A DNA stretch of 64,000 bases from Octopus sinensis (lineage: Eukaryota), in contig NC_042998.1 of the NCBI RefSeq assembly GCF_006345805.1, forward strand, positions 81,902,001-81,966,000. Direction: 5' to 3'. Below, piece after piece: positions 51,683 to 64,000 of the stretch. Each line of letters opens with the position of its first letter. The stretch's first letter is position 1. The position numbers and the translations under genes were made by a program. Below the pieces are notes generated by a model. That model searched no databases. It was not told the DNA's origin and saw nothing but the letters and a program-made list of their open reading frames with translations.

Positions 51683-51719
<37 letters not shown>

Positions 51720-52577
51720 CGTGCACAGATTTATAAGTGGTAGCAGTAGACTGACTATGGTGTATAACCATCTCCACTGACTTCTCCACTGTGAAGGTAT
51801 TCGTACTGATGGAGCCACACTATGTGGTGTCCTAGGCATTTGCTTTTAGACACTGTTGAAACTTCAACACCTTGCATATCATATCGGTGATTGAACCCTG
51901 CGAAAGCGAAAGTGTTAAAAAGGCGATTGAATCGCAACTGTTCTTTTCACAATATATCTGTTTCGTTGTGATTGACGCGATCGACCATCAGACTGCTTCT
52001 TCTCACTGAAACGGGTTACAAGACTTTCAGATGTTAAAAACACTAATGGCTTCATGCGAGAGTATAAACATATATAGTTATGCGGTGAACTAACACGCAC
52101 ATAACACATGCATATACACACTGCATGGGTCGACTGACGAGGTTTTGTCTGCAACTTGATCAAAAGCCTTTCGCACAAAAATAACCCCTGCCTTGAAATG
52201 TGTGCACATCGTTATATGGTGTATAAAGTGTAAATAAAACAGTGCACTTACATAAACACATACACATATAAGTATAACAATATATATATGTTTATGCACA
52301 CATTAAAACATATATGCATATATGCCTGTGTGTGCTCGTGCATACGTTTACACCCGTATAGTTTTGTCATATGCTTATATTATTTTATATAATTGTGTTA
52401 AATTGTATACACACACACTCGAAATATTGTTGTACAGAATGTCATATATCTAGGAACCCTAGAATGCATCACCGCAAAAAGTAAAAACTTAAAAGAGAGA
52501 AAAAGTATGGAAATAATGATGCTGCCCATCTCAATACAAATACACGTAGACTTTAATGATATATGCTCATATATGTG

Positions 52578-52622
<45 letters not shown>

Positions 52623-55394
52623 TATATATATTACTTTATATAATTAGGGTTCATCAATTTACCACACACCGAACTTTTAGAAACAGCAGCCAAAGAATTT
52701 AGCTATTTCCTCTACTATATGAAGAGTCTCCCAGACAATGTATGCTCTAAAACAATTCACGTAGGTATAGAGGGAAAAATAACAAAAGATCAGTCGTGTA
52801 TCGATTACTTGAGAACGCCGTTTCTGGGTTAGTTAGATATAGAGATGCTAGAAATACATACCTATATCAACATTCCTGTCATCAGCCCAAGATTTCGTTA
52901 AGATTAAATTTGAGAACACTAAAAATCGAACATAGCCGTCTGATTTGAGTAATCTCAGAGGAACCGCCCTCGACCACCAGTACTAACGAATTCAATATAT
53001 AAATATATATCAGAAAATGTTTCAGTGTTAGTAGAAAACCATATGTAAAATCACAAATAGCAAAAAAACAATTTGGAGTTGCATTATAACAGTGCTACTA
53101 AGAAATTCTTCTCTATACCCGTATTGAATAATAACTATGACATTGGATTGAAGCAGGCCAAGAGGCAATCTAATTATATGTCACGTCAACGTAAAGCAGC
53201 TTTATTTTACCGTAATCATAGAGCCGATATCCACTAGCAATGAATCTTTGTAGTAAGCGCTATACTACTATGTCTAATTATCTTAACTATGGTGTTGACC
53301 TATCGATTAACTTGATATATGAAGTCAGAAGTATAACGTAGGTTTCAAAACAGCCATAATTTTGGTTATTCAAAATAGCGGCTAATATACTCACTTGACA
53401 TACCTTCTCATGTTGACTTAATTTAAATGATTTGATGTTCATAAACCGTTCAGACGATCGGTTATCGTTTCAAGTTCAGCGCTTCCTGCCGCACAAACAA
53501 TATATGAATCATCTGATGGAAAAAATCAACTTAGAATTATAAGAATTAACTCTATATAATTTTAGATGTAGGAGGAAATATGATAAACACTTTTTTTAAA
53601 ATATATAATTTGTTCTCAAAGCAAGCTTTTACTAATGTGTATATTTGCAACCTCTACATTTCATGTTCCAAGTACAATTGGATACTGAAACACAAAATGT
53701 CGTCTGAAACCCACTTTATTAGGGAACACATTATTGGGTTATGTTACAGCGATTAAATACATCTAACAGTGCACAGAAGTTACACTATAATTTAGATGCC
53801 CATTTTATATTCGTATTCCACTCAAGACGATTACAGAATGGCCCGTCAATGATGTCCACCCTTGTTCTCTACTAAGTGAAGATAGATCATTATATTCAGA
53901 GTAAACTGTTCGCGTATCGAGTAGCTTTCTTAATTAAAGGAACTTTATAATTTGAATTAATGAATTAAGATATATTATCCGAACATGTTTTACTACCATA
54001 TTAACACATTATGACGACAGAAGTTACTTAGATATAGCTTGGAGTATACATGAGTATGTGTATTTAAAATACTAAGAAATTTAACGTCGCGTTAGCTATT
54101 CTTTCATAGAACATCCCTAATTTGAATCAAACTACGAAAATCTATTCGTGACAATACGTTCTTTTTGAAGGATACGTAAAACTGTATTATGTAATGCGTT
54201 CTGTGTAAATTTTAAGATTAAAGAGTCCCTTCTGATAGCTTTTGTTTCTTTTACTTTTCTAACAGAGAAGTTGTCACAAATTTTAGAGGATTAGTATAAA
54301 ATAGTTAATGTTATCCGCATCAATTAATTTGCTCGTCATTATATTCTATTTCTGGAATTGCAATAACTCTTATTCTAATTAGCTAGTGCTAATTACGAGT
54401 ATTTTCAGCAATCTCATAATAACAGTAGCGAGCATTACAGTGAAATCTTTAACTTATACAAAACGTTCTTATTGAACAACTTTGTTCATAAATGGACCAA
54501 AAACAACAGTTTTAATCCGTTGTTCAATGGATTAATTATCTTACACTATCCTACTACTAAATCGGTCTTCTCCGAATAAATCTAAAGGTATTTCAATTAT
54601 GATTGACTATCGATTGTCAAACATAATCACACACACACATACATATCTATATAATGTAATGTTCGTTTGTTGATAAGATAAGCAAGAAAGCAGTCAACGA
54701 GCTGAAAATATTAAGTAATGAAATCAGTTGTTATAACTGTGCTGGTTCAACTTTTATTTATGACAATTGCAATATTTGGAGGCGTAACATACACAATTTG
54801 ACACTTAGGGGTTTGAACTCGAAAATGTCTCAAACATATTGCTCAATTAAAGCGCACCTTTTGAAAAGTAACTTGTTATTCATCTTCGTGCAAACTTTAA
54901 TGATAAAAACTCAATTATTTTACTGTTATATATAATAAATATTGTGGCATACAGTTATTAAATTTTAGGCAGTGATATAATATTCAAGTACTATGTCTTT
55001 GAAGCTACAGCACCAAATAATTAATTCGGCTCAATGCCTCATGTATAATATAAATTGAATAAAGGAAGGGGATGAGGCTTTCGTATTGTGTCTGTACTAA
55101 TGTTGCGTAGGACACCAAAACACTCTCATCCACTTTCTCCATTCTTATTTCTCTATGTATCTTACTATATGTGTGTGTATCGACATACATACACAAAGAG
55201 ACTCTGACACACACACAAACACACATGTGTGTGTGTGATTGCGTACGCGTATGTATGAGTGAGTGGTTTTGTGTGAGTGCGTTAGCGTACGTGTATGTGT
55301 GAGTGTACGCTTCTGTGAGCGTGCGTGTCATACAGAGAGAAAATAATAGTCCCTTAAATTATCATCTAGCCTGTTACGTATCATTCGTTTCATA

Positions 55395-55425
<31 letters not shown>

Positions 55426-55458
55426 TTAATAATAATAATGTACAATAATAGTGTACAA

Positions 55459-55493
<35 letters not shown>

Positions 55494-55600
55494 GGTGGAA
55501 GGAGAGAAAGAGGGAAAGAGAAATTCATAACGAGAAAAATGATAAAGTCGCTTCCTAAATTATCATCTTAGCTGTTACCTTATCATTCATGTTGATAAAT

Positions 55601-55602
<2 letters not shown>

Positions 55603-55693
<91 letters not shown>
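55603..55693. repeat. Perfect (AAT)n microsatellite
   Basis: Directly visible. Confidence 0.95.
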
Positions 55694-55694
<1 letters not shown>

Positions 55695-55704
55695 GTAAAT
55701 TCCT

Positions 55705-55825
55705 ACTAGGTCGACTTTACCTTTCATATTTTAGGAATCGATAAAAAGTACCTGTAATACATGGGGTCGATGTAATCGACTCATCCCCTACACAAAACTG
55801 CTGCTACCATGGCAAAATTACAAAT
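55705..55825 (+). mobile_element. Family A SINE body fragment
   Basis: GGTCGACTTTACCTTTCAT...GGGGTCGATGTAATCGAC. Confidence 0.7.
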
Positions 55826-55865
55826 CATTATAATTATTATTATCATTCTTCTTCTTCTTCTTCTT

Positions 55866-55896
<31 letters not shown>

Positions 55897-55940
55897 TTAT
55901 TATTATTATTATTATTATTATATTATTATTATTATTATTA

Positions 55941-55983
<43 letters not shown>
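55826..55983. repeat. Compound (ATT)n-(CTT)n-(ATT)n array forming the 3' tail of the adjacent minus-strand LINE
   Basis: Directly visible. Confidence 0.9.
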
Positions 55984-55984
<1 letters not shown>

Positions 55985-58900
55985 TATGTTGGACTTTTGC
56001 TTTATATTTGTACAAGTTGGCTCCACGTCTCACCCAGAGACCTCAAGAGTCAATACGTTGGAAGTTTATGTTGTTGTTATGCCTAGTGTGCCATATATTT
56101 GGGGTTTTTTTTTAGTGTTGTACTAGTGAATGTCTAAAAAAAACGTACGAAAATTATGTTTGTTTTAAAACTTGAGATTATATAAAAAGTATTTTGCGTA
56201 GGATATGAGCAGTTCCCATGAGCACTATCTTTTGAATGTCTGTCATTTTTGAGTTTTCTAGTATCTGAGTTAGGTAGCAATCAGCCCCTTTTGCTATCAT
56301 TCCCAGGGCAACAGGTATTGTTTTAGTCTTCAGCCTCCACATTTTGCTGATTTCTATTTCAAGATCTTTCTTTTGCTCAGTTTTTGGTAGGTCTTGACAG
56401 ATGCATTTATATCGATTGGGACAGTCATATCAATGAGGAGGCATGTACTTTGTCTGAAGTCTTTCAATATGATGTCTGGCCTATTTGCATCTATCTTTCT
56501 TTCAGTTTGAATGGTGAAGTTCCAGAGGAGTGAGATGTGGTCATTTTCAAGTACTGGAGGTGGTTTGTGTTCTCACCAGTTTTTTCATGGGACAAATCCA
56601 GGTTTTTGCAAATTACCCAGTGAATATATTGTGCAGCTCTATCATGCCAGTTGAGATACTCTGTAGGTGCTAGAAGACTGCACTTGGAGACAACATTATC
56701 AATGGTTTCATTTTGTTGTTGACATACACGACATGTTGGGCTACTGCCGTTCTTTAATATGTTGGCCTGGTAGTTCCTTGTTAGTAGGCATTGATCTTGA
56801 GCTGCTATGATAAACCCTTCTGTTTCAGATTTTAAGCCAGAAGCCATTAGCCATTGATGGGTCAGGGCTTTGTCAACATCTACATTATTCGCTCTCTTTG
56901 GGTATTTGCCATAGAGAGGTTCTTGCCATTTATCATTCAGAATATCTAAAGCCGCAGTTTTAGCACGGGTTTTCATGCGCTTAGCTTTTCCTGTGCTTGT
57001 TTCTTGTGTGACTAATTTCGAAATTTGTTGTGTTCGGAATTCATTTAGATATTCCTTTGCCTGTTTTGTGACTGAGTATGATGCTTTCTTGTTTTCATGT
57101 TTTGAGACAAGTTTTAACATCCAGTCCTCAGACTTTTTCAGGTAGGTGTCTAGGCCAATTGTTGCAATCTTCAAAGTTATTGCCAGTTGTAAAAGTCCAT
57201 GGCCTCCCTCTTTTCTTGGCAGATAAAGTCGTTTTGTATCTGCCTTAGGGTGGTGCATTCTATGCATTGTCAACAGTTTTCGTATTTTTCTGTCAAGATT
57301 ACATATTTCAGTAATTGACCAGTTAACGATATTGAAACTGTAAGTCACGACTGGTATGGCTAAAGCATTGATCGCTTCGATCCTGTTTCTCGCATTCAGC
57401 TCTATCTTGAGTATTGCTCTTACTATGCGATAATATTCTCTCCTGTTCCTTTCCTTCATCACTGAATGCCTTATTCCGTCCCCTTCAATTACCCCTAGGT
57501 ACATGTAGCTCTCCTCTGGGTCTAATTCTTTTATGACATTCTGCTGGTCAAGGTTAACGTTAGATGTTTCTGTCATTTTTCCTTTGATAAAGGTAGCTTT
57601 TGCACATTTATCGAGGTCAAATAGCATTCTGACGTCATCTCTGAATTGTTTAACAATCGCTAGTAAGCCCTTGAGTTGTTGGTAATTTTTTGCAAAGAGC
57701 TTTAAATCATCCATGTAAATGAAATGATTTATATTTTTATCAAACATTTTATATCTGTACTGCGCGTCATTGAGCAATTTTGAGAGAGGTATTAAGACTA
57801 AACAAAAGAGGAGTGATGGCAGTGAGTCCTCCTGGAAAATTGCACATGAAATCTTTACATCACCAGCATTTAGAGATTCATTGTCACTGTTCAAAGTTAG
57901 TGTGGTTCTCCATGATCTCATACTTACAGACAAAAAGTTTGGTAGAGTAGGTGCTATTTTATACATTCCCCGGCATTTCTTAATCCAGCTATGCGGTAGG
58001 CTATCAAAAGCCTTTTTATAGTCTATCCAGGCTATTGATAAGTTTTTGTGTCGTTTGTGACAATCTCCTAAGATCATCTTATTGGTGAGTAGTTGATCTT
58101 TACAACCATAGGATCCACGTTTACAACCTTTCTGTTCGCTAGGGAATATGCTGCTGTCTGTTAAAAAGCTATAGGTATATTCCGTCAGGACAGATGTTAG
58201 CGTGTTATATATAGTTGTTAAGCAGGTTATGGGTCTATAGTTTTTGGGTTCATTTGTTTCTTCACTTTTTGGAAGCAGGAATGTTAACGCATTAACTAGC
58301 CAAGGAGGCATCCTACTAGGGTGTTGCAAAACATCATTGTAAAGTTCTGTTAGCAGTTCATGACTCTCTGGGAAGGCATTTAACCAGGAGTTAGGAATTT
58401 TATCCTTTCCTGGAGACTTCCATTTGCTTGACCTCCTGAGAGCAGATCTTATATCTTCTACCTTGACACCCTCCCAGTTTTGCTCTTCTAAGGAGTCCAG
58501 TTCTGTAGATATTCTATCAATCCAGGGGGCCTTTTCGTTGTGTGTTTTTTCTTCTGCCCAAATTTTATTCCAAACTCCCTGCACTTCTTCTTTTGATGGT
58601 ACAGACTTTACATTAACTGTTTTTTTCCTATCTTCCTGTAAAAAGTTTTGGGGTTATTTTTCAACATGCTGTTGTCCTTGAAGAATCTAACACGCTTTTC
58701 ATACCTCGCTATCCGGGAAGCTTTAGCAGATACCTTTTGCTTGATGGTTTCTATGGTAGCATCAATATCAAGTATAGTTTTCATATTATATTTTTCCATT
58801 AATTTTTGGGTTTTTGTAGGTTTGGTAGTCTTGTGAACCTTACGATTTTTCAAATATTCAATGTCAGATCTAAATAGTTTAATTTGTTGTTGGATACGCT

Positions 58901-59993
58901 CTTGCCAAGAAGGCCTTTTGTGGGAATGTTGCCGTTTTCTAATCTTTACACCACATAGGATCATTGAGGTTTTCGCGGATGCATAGTACAGGTGGCTGAG
59001 ATCTGTGATATCAACATCATTAGCTAAAATTATATCCTTAAGTGCAGGCCGGATTTTACCAATTATTTTCATGTTTTGATTAGAGTTGCAGATTTTAGGG
59101 AGTGTATCGCGTTCATCCATACTGGTTTCTTTAATTTTCAGCCGTTCAATCATGATTTGATTTTTTAGCTCATGTAGTTCTGTTGGGTCAATATTTGTGT
59201 GACTTTCTTCATCTATTTGATGTTCATCTGTCTTAGTGTTTATGATTGGTTCAGTGAGCATTTTACTTTGCCTATCAACTCTTTCAATCCTAACTTCGTT
59301 TTTATCAGCCCTGGGCTGGTCTATAATTATTTCCACCACCGTATTATCTTCTTTAGTTGCAGCTTTGTTAATTTTATCCGTTATTGCTTGTCTAATTTGA
59401 TCAATCCCTACTTCAGTCAGTAATTAGCTTTTTATAATGTTTCTTCTGTCGTTGGCAAGTTTGTTACTGTCTATGTAGGGTCTTGCTTCAGGATGTTTCT
59501 GTCTCCAGTTTAAGTATGTTTGTACAGTATTAGATTTATCTGTGGGGAAATATGTGGCATGGTAGAAAGCCGCAAGAGCTTCATTATTATCTTCGCTAGA
59601 CCATGTTTCCTTATTTTCCTTTTGATTATTTGGTGACGGGCATGGATGGCCATCAGTTGGGATATTCCGGTTGTGGGGTACGTCCAGCTCCTGTGTGTCG
59701 GGAAGATTTGATCCAGTAGCTGATTTTTCAATCAGAATTTGGTTCAATTTTCGGGTACGTGGTCTTTTGTAATCCGCTCGATGACCATTGCGGTTTGTAA
59801 TTTGTTTTGTTGACATTGAAGCATGACGAGCTTCGACTCTTACATTAAGAGTCGGATCTGTCAGTTTATGGTTCTCTGCATGTAAACATTGTTCGTAGCG
59901 CCGCTTCTTAAGTTTAGCAGATCTGTATTCGTCTGTATTTTTCTTGTTGATAGATTTATCTCCGAACATAGTTTCTTTTTCCTTTCTTCTCTC

Positions 59994-59997
<4 letters not shown>
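55984..59997 (-). mobile_element. Near full-length Dong/R4-like RLE retrotransposon (second subfamily), few frameshifts, flanked by (TAA)n on both sides
   Basis: WSSEDN..YLNWRQKHPEARPYIDSNKLANDRRNI; 697-aa ORF with YRPITCL, AWIDYKKAFDS, FQEDSLPSLLF, IYMDDLKLF, CRVCQQQNETIDNVVSKC; RPDIILKD..LIDMTVP RLE at about 56300-56500. Stop at 56178. Confidence 0.95.
56491..58584 (-). pseudogene. 697-aa RT-containing ORF fragment of the Dong/R4-like element
   Basis: Longest ORF in the track. Frameshifted from the N-terminal and RLE pieces. Confidence 0.9.
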
Positions 59998-60090
<93 letters not shown>

Positions 60091-60150
60091 ATAATTATTA
60101 TTATTATTATTAATATAATTATTATTATTATTATTTTATTATTATTATTA

Positions 60151-60185
<35 letters not shown>

Positions 60186-60207
60186 TATTATTATTATTAT
60201 TAATATA

Positions 60208-60238
<31 letters not shown>

Positions 60239-60243
60239 TTATT
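59998..60243. repeat. Long interrupted (ATT)n array between two LINEs
   Basis: Directly visible. Confidence 0.95.
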
Positions 60244-60720
60244 GTCTTTGCACATCTTGTAGCGCTGAAGGTGTACCACGGTGCTATCTGTTCACTACCA
60301 GTGAAGTAAGGTAACATTCTCTATTTTTCGAGCACCATCCGGAGTATTCTAGCGGTTCCAAGCAGTGCTGTTTATTGCCGGCCCTATTTCTTCCATGTAC
60401 TTTTCGACAATTTTACTTACTGTTACCCAGGGCTCCGACAATTATTGTTACTACTACCACCTTTTTCATTGACCAGAACTATTTAACCTCCCAATCTAAC
60501 CTGTCATATCCATCGACTTTTCATTCGTCCTTATCGCATACCCTGTTGTCAGTAGGGCATGCTATACCTATGATCCAGCATAGTTTGGTTTCGTTCTCAA
60601 TGAAAATTGTCTGGTTTCCTATTATCTATCTCATGGTCGCACTGAATCATAAAAGCCCACATGATCTTTGTATTATTATTTTCGATGATGCTTTCGGGTT
60701 TGTAGTCGTACCTGTTTTTT
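60244..60720 (-). mobile_element. 3' fragment (RLE and 3' UTR) of a Dong/R4-like element of the same subfamily as 17675-20160
   Basis: CCAGTGAAGTAAGGTAACA..ATTTTTCGAGCACC matches 17752-17793. RKPDNF and LLGTARILRMVLE on the minus strand. Confidence 0.8.
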
Positions 60721-60729
60721 ACACTTTAT

Positions 60730-63700
60730 TATTATCATTCAGAATTGCTATTTCTATAACGTGCTTTTAGTTCACTACTGAGCACGGCTCTGTGTGCCTT
60801 GGTTATATGCTATGTTTTGCTGTGATGCTCTTATGGTTACTGTATTGAAAGTGTTTTGCGTAGGATGTGAGCAGTGCCAAATAGTGCAATTTTCTGTATG
60901 TTATATATATTTGTAAGTCCTTGTGTTTTTGTTATGTGTTTGTCTGAACATTTTTTATAATGCGCCCACTATAATAGGAATTGTCTTTGTTTTTAGATTC
61001 CAAATTCGAGTTACCTCTATTTCTAGGTATTTGTATTTTGAAAGTTTCTCCATTTCTTTTAGAGAAATGTTGTCATCTGCTGATACATCAATTAGAAAGC
61101 ATTTTTTTCTTCATGATCACTTGCAACTATATCTGTCCTATTGACCAGATAGTCTTGTACTGCAATTTAAAATCCCTCTGTCTCTGCTTTGAGTCCTGAG
61201 CTTCTCAACCATTGCTGGAATTTTTCCCCGTCTATTTCTTTTGCATATAGTTTAGCCCAATATTTGCCATGAAGGGGCTTTTCTTGCTATCGTTTTATCA
61301 TGGTCCATTGCTGTTATAGTTTTAGGTTGGATTTCATTTGTTTTATAGCTTTTGTTGTTCCTTCTTCTTTATATTTGTTAAGTAGTATTACTTCTTGTTT
61401 GTATTTGACAGCTTCCTTAAATACTAAAAACAGTTTTTTGTTTTGCTCGTGTTTTGTGGCTATTTATATTAATTTTCTTTCTTTGCTTCTGAAGTAGGCA
61501 TTTTTGCCGTTCTATAGTGGTTATTTCATAATATTTTTTCCAGCTGTATAAGGCCTCTACCACCTTCTATACGTTGTACGTATAGCTTTTCTATGTCAGA
61601 GTTTGGGTGGTGCATGCTAGATCCTGTCATTATTTTTCTTGTTTTCCTGTCTATTTTGGTTAGTTCCTTTAGTGTCCAGTTAAGGATATTGTAGCTGTAA
61701 CTCATAACTGGGACGGCTAGAGTGTTGATACCTATTATCTTGTTTTTAGCATTAAGATCTATTTTCAGTATTGGTAAAATTTCGTCTATAGTAATCTTTC
61801 TTTATTTTCTCTTTAATTTGTGTGTGTTGTACCGTATCTAGTACATTGATTCCTAAATATTCGTATGTCTGGCTTTGGTCTAATTCTCGTATTCCATTGG
61901 CTTTATCTAGTCTGATGCTGCTACTCTTAACTCGTTTTCCTCTTTTCAAGGTTACTTTGGCACATTTTTCTAAGCCAGATTTCATATATGTTTCTTTGGA
62001 AAATCCATGTACTGTCTTTAGTAGTGTTTCTAACTGTTTATTATTCGTAGCGTATAGTGTTAGGTCATCCATATATAAAAGGTTGCTGATTGTTTTGCCG
62101 TAAAATTTGTATCCGCATCCAGTTCTATTTAGCATATCTCTTAAAGGTGTCAGTGCCAAGCAGAAAAGGAGTGGAGAAAGCGTGTCTCCTTGGAATATTC
62201 CTCCTCTAATGTTTCTTCCTCTTTTGTTTGGAGTTGTAGCACTGTCTGCTGTTTATTCATAGAGTATCTTATGTATTTTATAATCATTGGTGCTACCTTG
62301 TTCATGGCTAGTGTTTCGAGGATCCACCGGTGGGGAATACTATCAAACGCCTTTCGGTAGTTGATTCAGGCCCCACTGATGCCTTTCTTCTTTCTGCGAC
62401 TATCTTCAGTTATAGCTTTATTGATCATTAATTGATTTTTACAGTTGTATGAGCCCTTGCAGCATCCCTTTTGCTTTTCTGGAAACAGGTTGTTTTCTTC
62501 CAGATACTTGCTCAATCCCTGCGATATTATCGATAGTAAAGATAGTAAAGACTTTATAAATTGTAGGGAGACAGGTTATTGGTCTGTAATTTTGTGGGTT
62601 TGCCATATCAGTGGATTTGCGAATTAGGATAGTTTTCCCTTTTGTAAGTCATTCAGGCATTGTCTCTGGGTCTTCTAGTATGTTGTTAAAAATTTCAGCC
62701 ATCTTTTTGTGTGTTCCTGTCAGATATTTTAAACAGAAGTTGGCGATCTCCTTGTGCCTAGGTGTCTTCCAGTTGCTTAGTCTTTGCAGTGCCTGGGTGA
62801 CCTCTTCAGTTGATATAGGGGTCCAGAGTTGTTTAGGTGCTAATTTCGTTATTTTAATAGTCCTTTTCTGAGGTTGTTCCTGCACCCACCATATTTCTTT
62901 CCAAAATTCTTCCACTTCTTCTGCTGTTGGTGCCAAGTTCTGTTTTTGCCAAGTTCCTGGTGGAATCTTTGGGGGTTGGAGCTGAACTGTTTGTTTTGTT
63001 CAAAGAAAAGCTGGCGTTTCTCATACCGGTCTTTGCACAGTATTTTTGTTTTCTCTTGTTGCTTCAATTTCGTTAAGAATTGACAGATCTTTTCTCTTAT
63101 ATTTTGGATATTATTTATCCACAGGGTTTGTTTGGAAGGTGGTACTCCTGTTCGGGTGGGTTTGAGGGAGTATCCAGCTTCTTTTGTGGCTGCAGTAGCT
63201 GCTGCATATATTATATCATTTAGCTCAGTAATAGTGACATTTGTTTCTGTGGCTATTAGTTCCGTGTCGGCCAGGTTCATGCTATATATTATTGATGTGG
63301 TTTTATTGTCTATTTTAACTGTTGGTAGGTTTAATCAGTGATCCATTATGAGATCTGTGGTTTTCAGTTCTTTGATTATGCTCATTTTTATAGTATCATA
63401 ATCATTAAATTCCCCTTCACTTCTTCCAGGTTTTAGATTTGTTTCACCTTGCTTCGCATTCATATGTTTGTCTTTGGTGTTCTGAATTAGTGCTTTTTGC
63501 ACATTACTATAACTTCCTACGGTCTGGTTTTGTTGTCTTTTGTTGTATACTTCGCTTTTGTTGGAAATGTTACGTCTGTGTTCGTGTTTTACTATCTCAG
63601 TGTTTATATTATTTGCCATTGCTGTGTGGCTACAATGTACATTTTCATGATGTATTTTTCCTTCTAAATGTTCTATTTCTATTTCTGATATATGTTTTTG
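60730..63700 (-). mobile_element. Decayed Dong/R4-like element (third subfamily) with internal deletions
   Basis: LLYMDDLTLY, GIFQGDTLSP, NYRKAFDS-like, LHS-type motif at about 61610, ELNDIIYAAA, EEVEEFWKEIW. Multiple stops. Confidence 0.85.
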
Positions 63701-64000
63701 TTTTGAGAATATACCTTCGTAAGTTAGCTGGTTTATTAGGGTTCATAGCTATATCCAAGTCTTTATTTAGGTTATTTTTCTTCCAGATTTTATATGTATA
63801 TGTTGTTTTCATTCTTTGGGTAAAACACTACTGTAAAATATGCGTGTAGGATTGAAATATATTCCTCACGTGTCAGTTTATGCCTTTTTGGTTATATTTG
63901 CGAGACATGAGGAACAAAGTCCGGCCCTTTATTTTGACGGTCATCATTTTGGTAGGTTACCGGTCCGTTTATTTCTGTCGTTAAACTGTTTTGCACGTGT

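Larger units (their letters stand above)
51319..51693. repeat. 182-bp near-perfect inverted repeat with 11-nt spacer, Penelope pseudo-LTR-like
   Basis: 51319-51500 versus 51512-51693, about 3 mismatches by manual comparison. Spacer CGAGTTTATAA. Flanked by (TA)n. Confidence 0.92.

Noticed and set aside
2502-60309. Dozens of track ORFs rich in YI, HT, CV, LS, YLPT or poly-I/L runs
   Set aside because: They are translations of (TA)n, (CA)n, (GA)n, (TACC)n and (ATT)n microsatellites, not genes.
1-64000. CRISPR arrays, Fanzor/TnpB-like nucleases, LTR/gag-pol elements, rRNA, telomeric arrays
   Set aside because: No regularly spaced repeat-spacer array, RuvC-like ORF, integrase or protease motif, rRNA-like block or (TTAGGG)n tract was seen by eye.

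Overview
AT-rich, microsatellite-dense animal genomic DNA with no bacterial-type gene organisation. The SINE families and repeat landscape look like an octopus (coleoid cephalopod) genome; this is my inference from recognition, not a search result. No multi-exon host gene could be assembled; only a few isolated candidate exons are noted. Identifiable content is mostly transposon-derived. (i) Several RLE-type (restriction-like endonuclease) non-LTR retrotransposons: Dong/R4-like copies, two nearly full-length (33.4-37.25 kb +, 56.0-60.0 kb -) and several decayed, ending in and chained through (TAA)n microsatellites, plus a HERO-like and another R4/NeSL-like C-terminal fragment. (ii) A decayed Tx1/L1-clade ORF2 (5.1-8.5 kb -). 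(iii) A Penelope GIY-YIG remnant and several Penelope-like termini. (iv) Two decayed mariner copies and a fold-back mariner derivative. (v) A Lep1-like non-autonomous Helitron. (vi) Many tRNA-derived SINEs. The least obvious signal is a set of sequence-unrelated type I hammerhead ribozyme motifs with palindromic helix III (20.8, 47.5, 47.9, 51.4-51.6 kb), one embedded in a 182-bp near-perfect inverted repeat. There are also many other hairpin-forming inverted repeats. Most ORFs in the supplied track are microsatellite artefacts or antisense shadows of retroelements.
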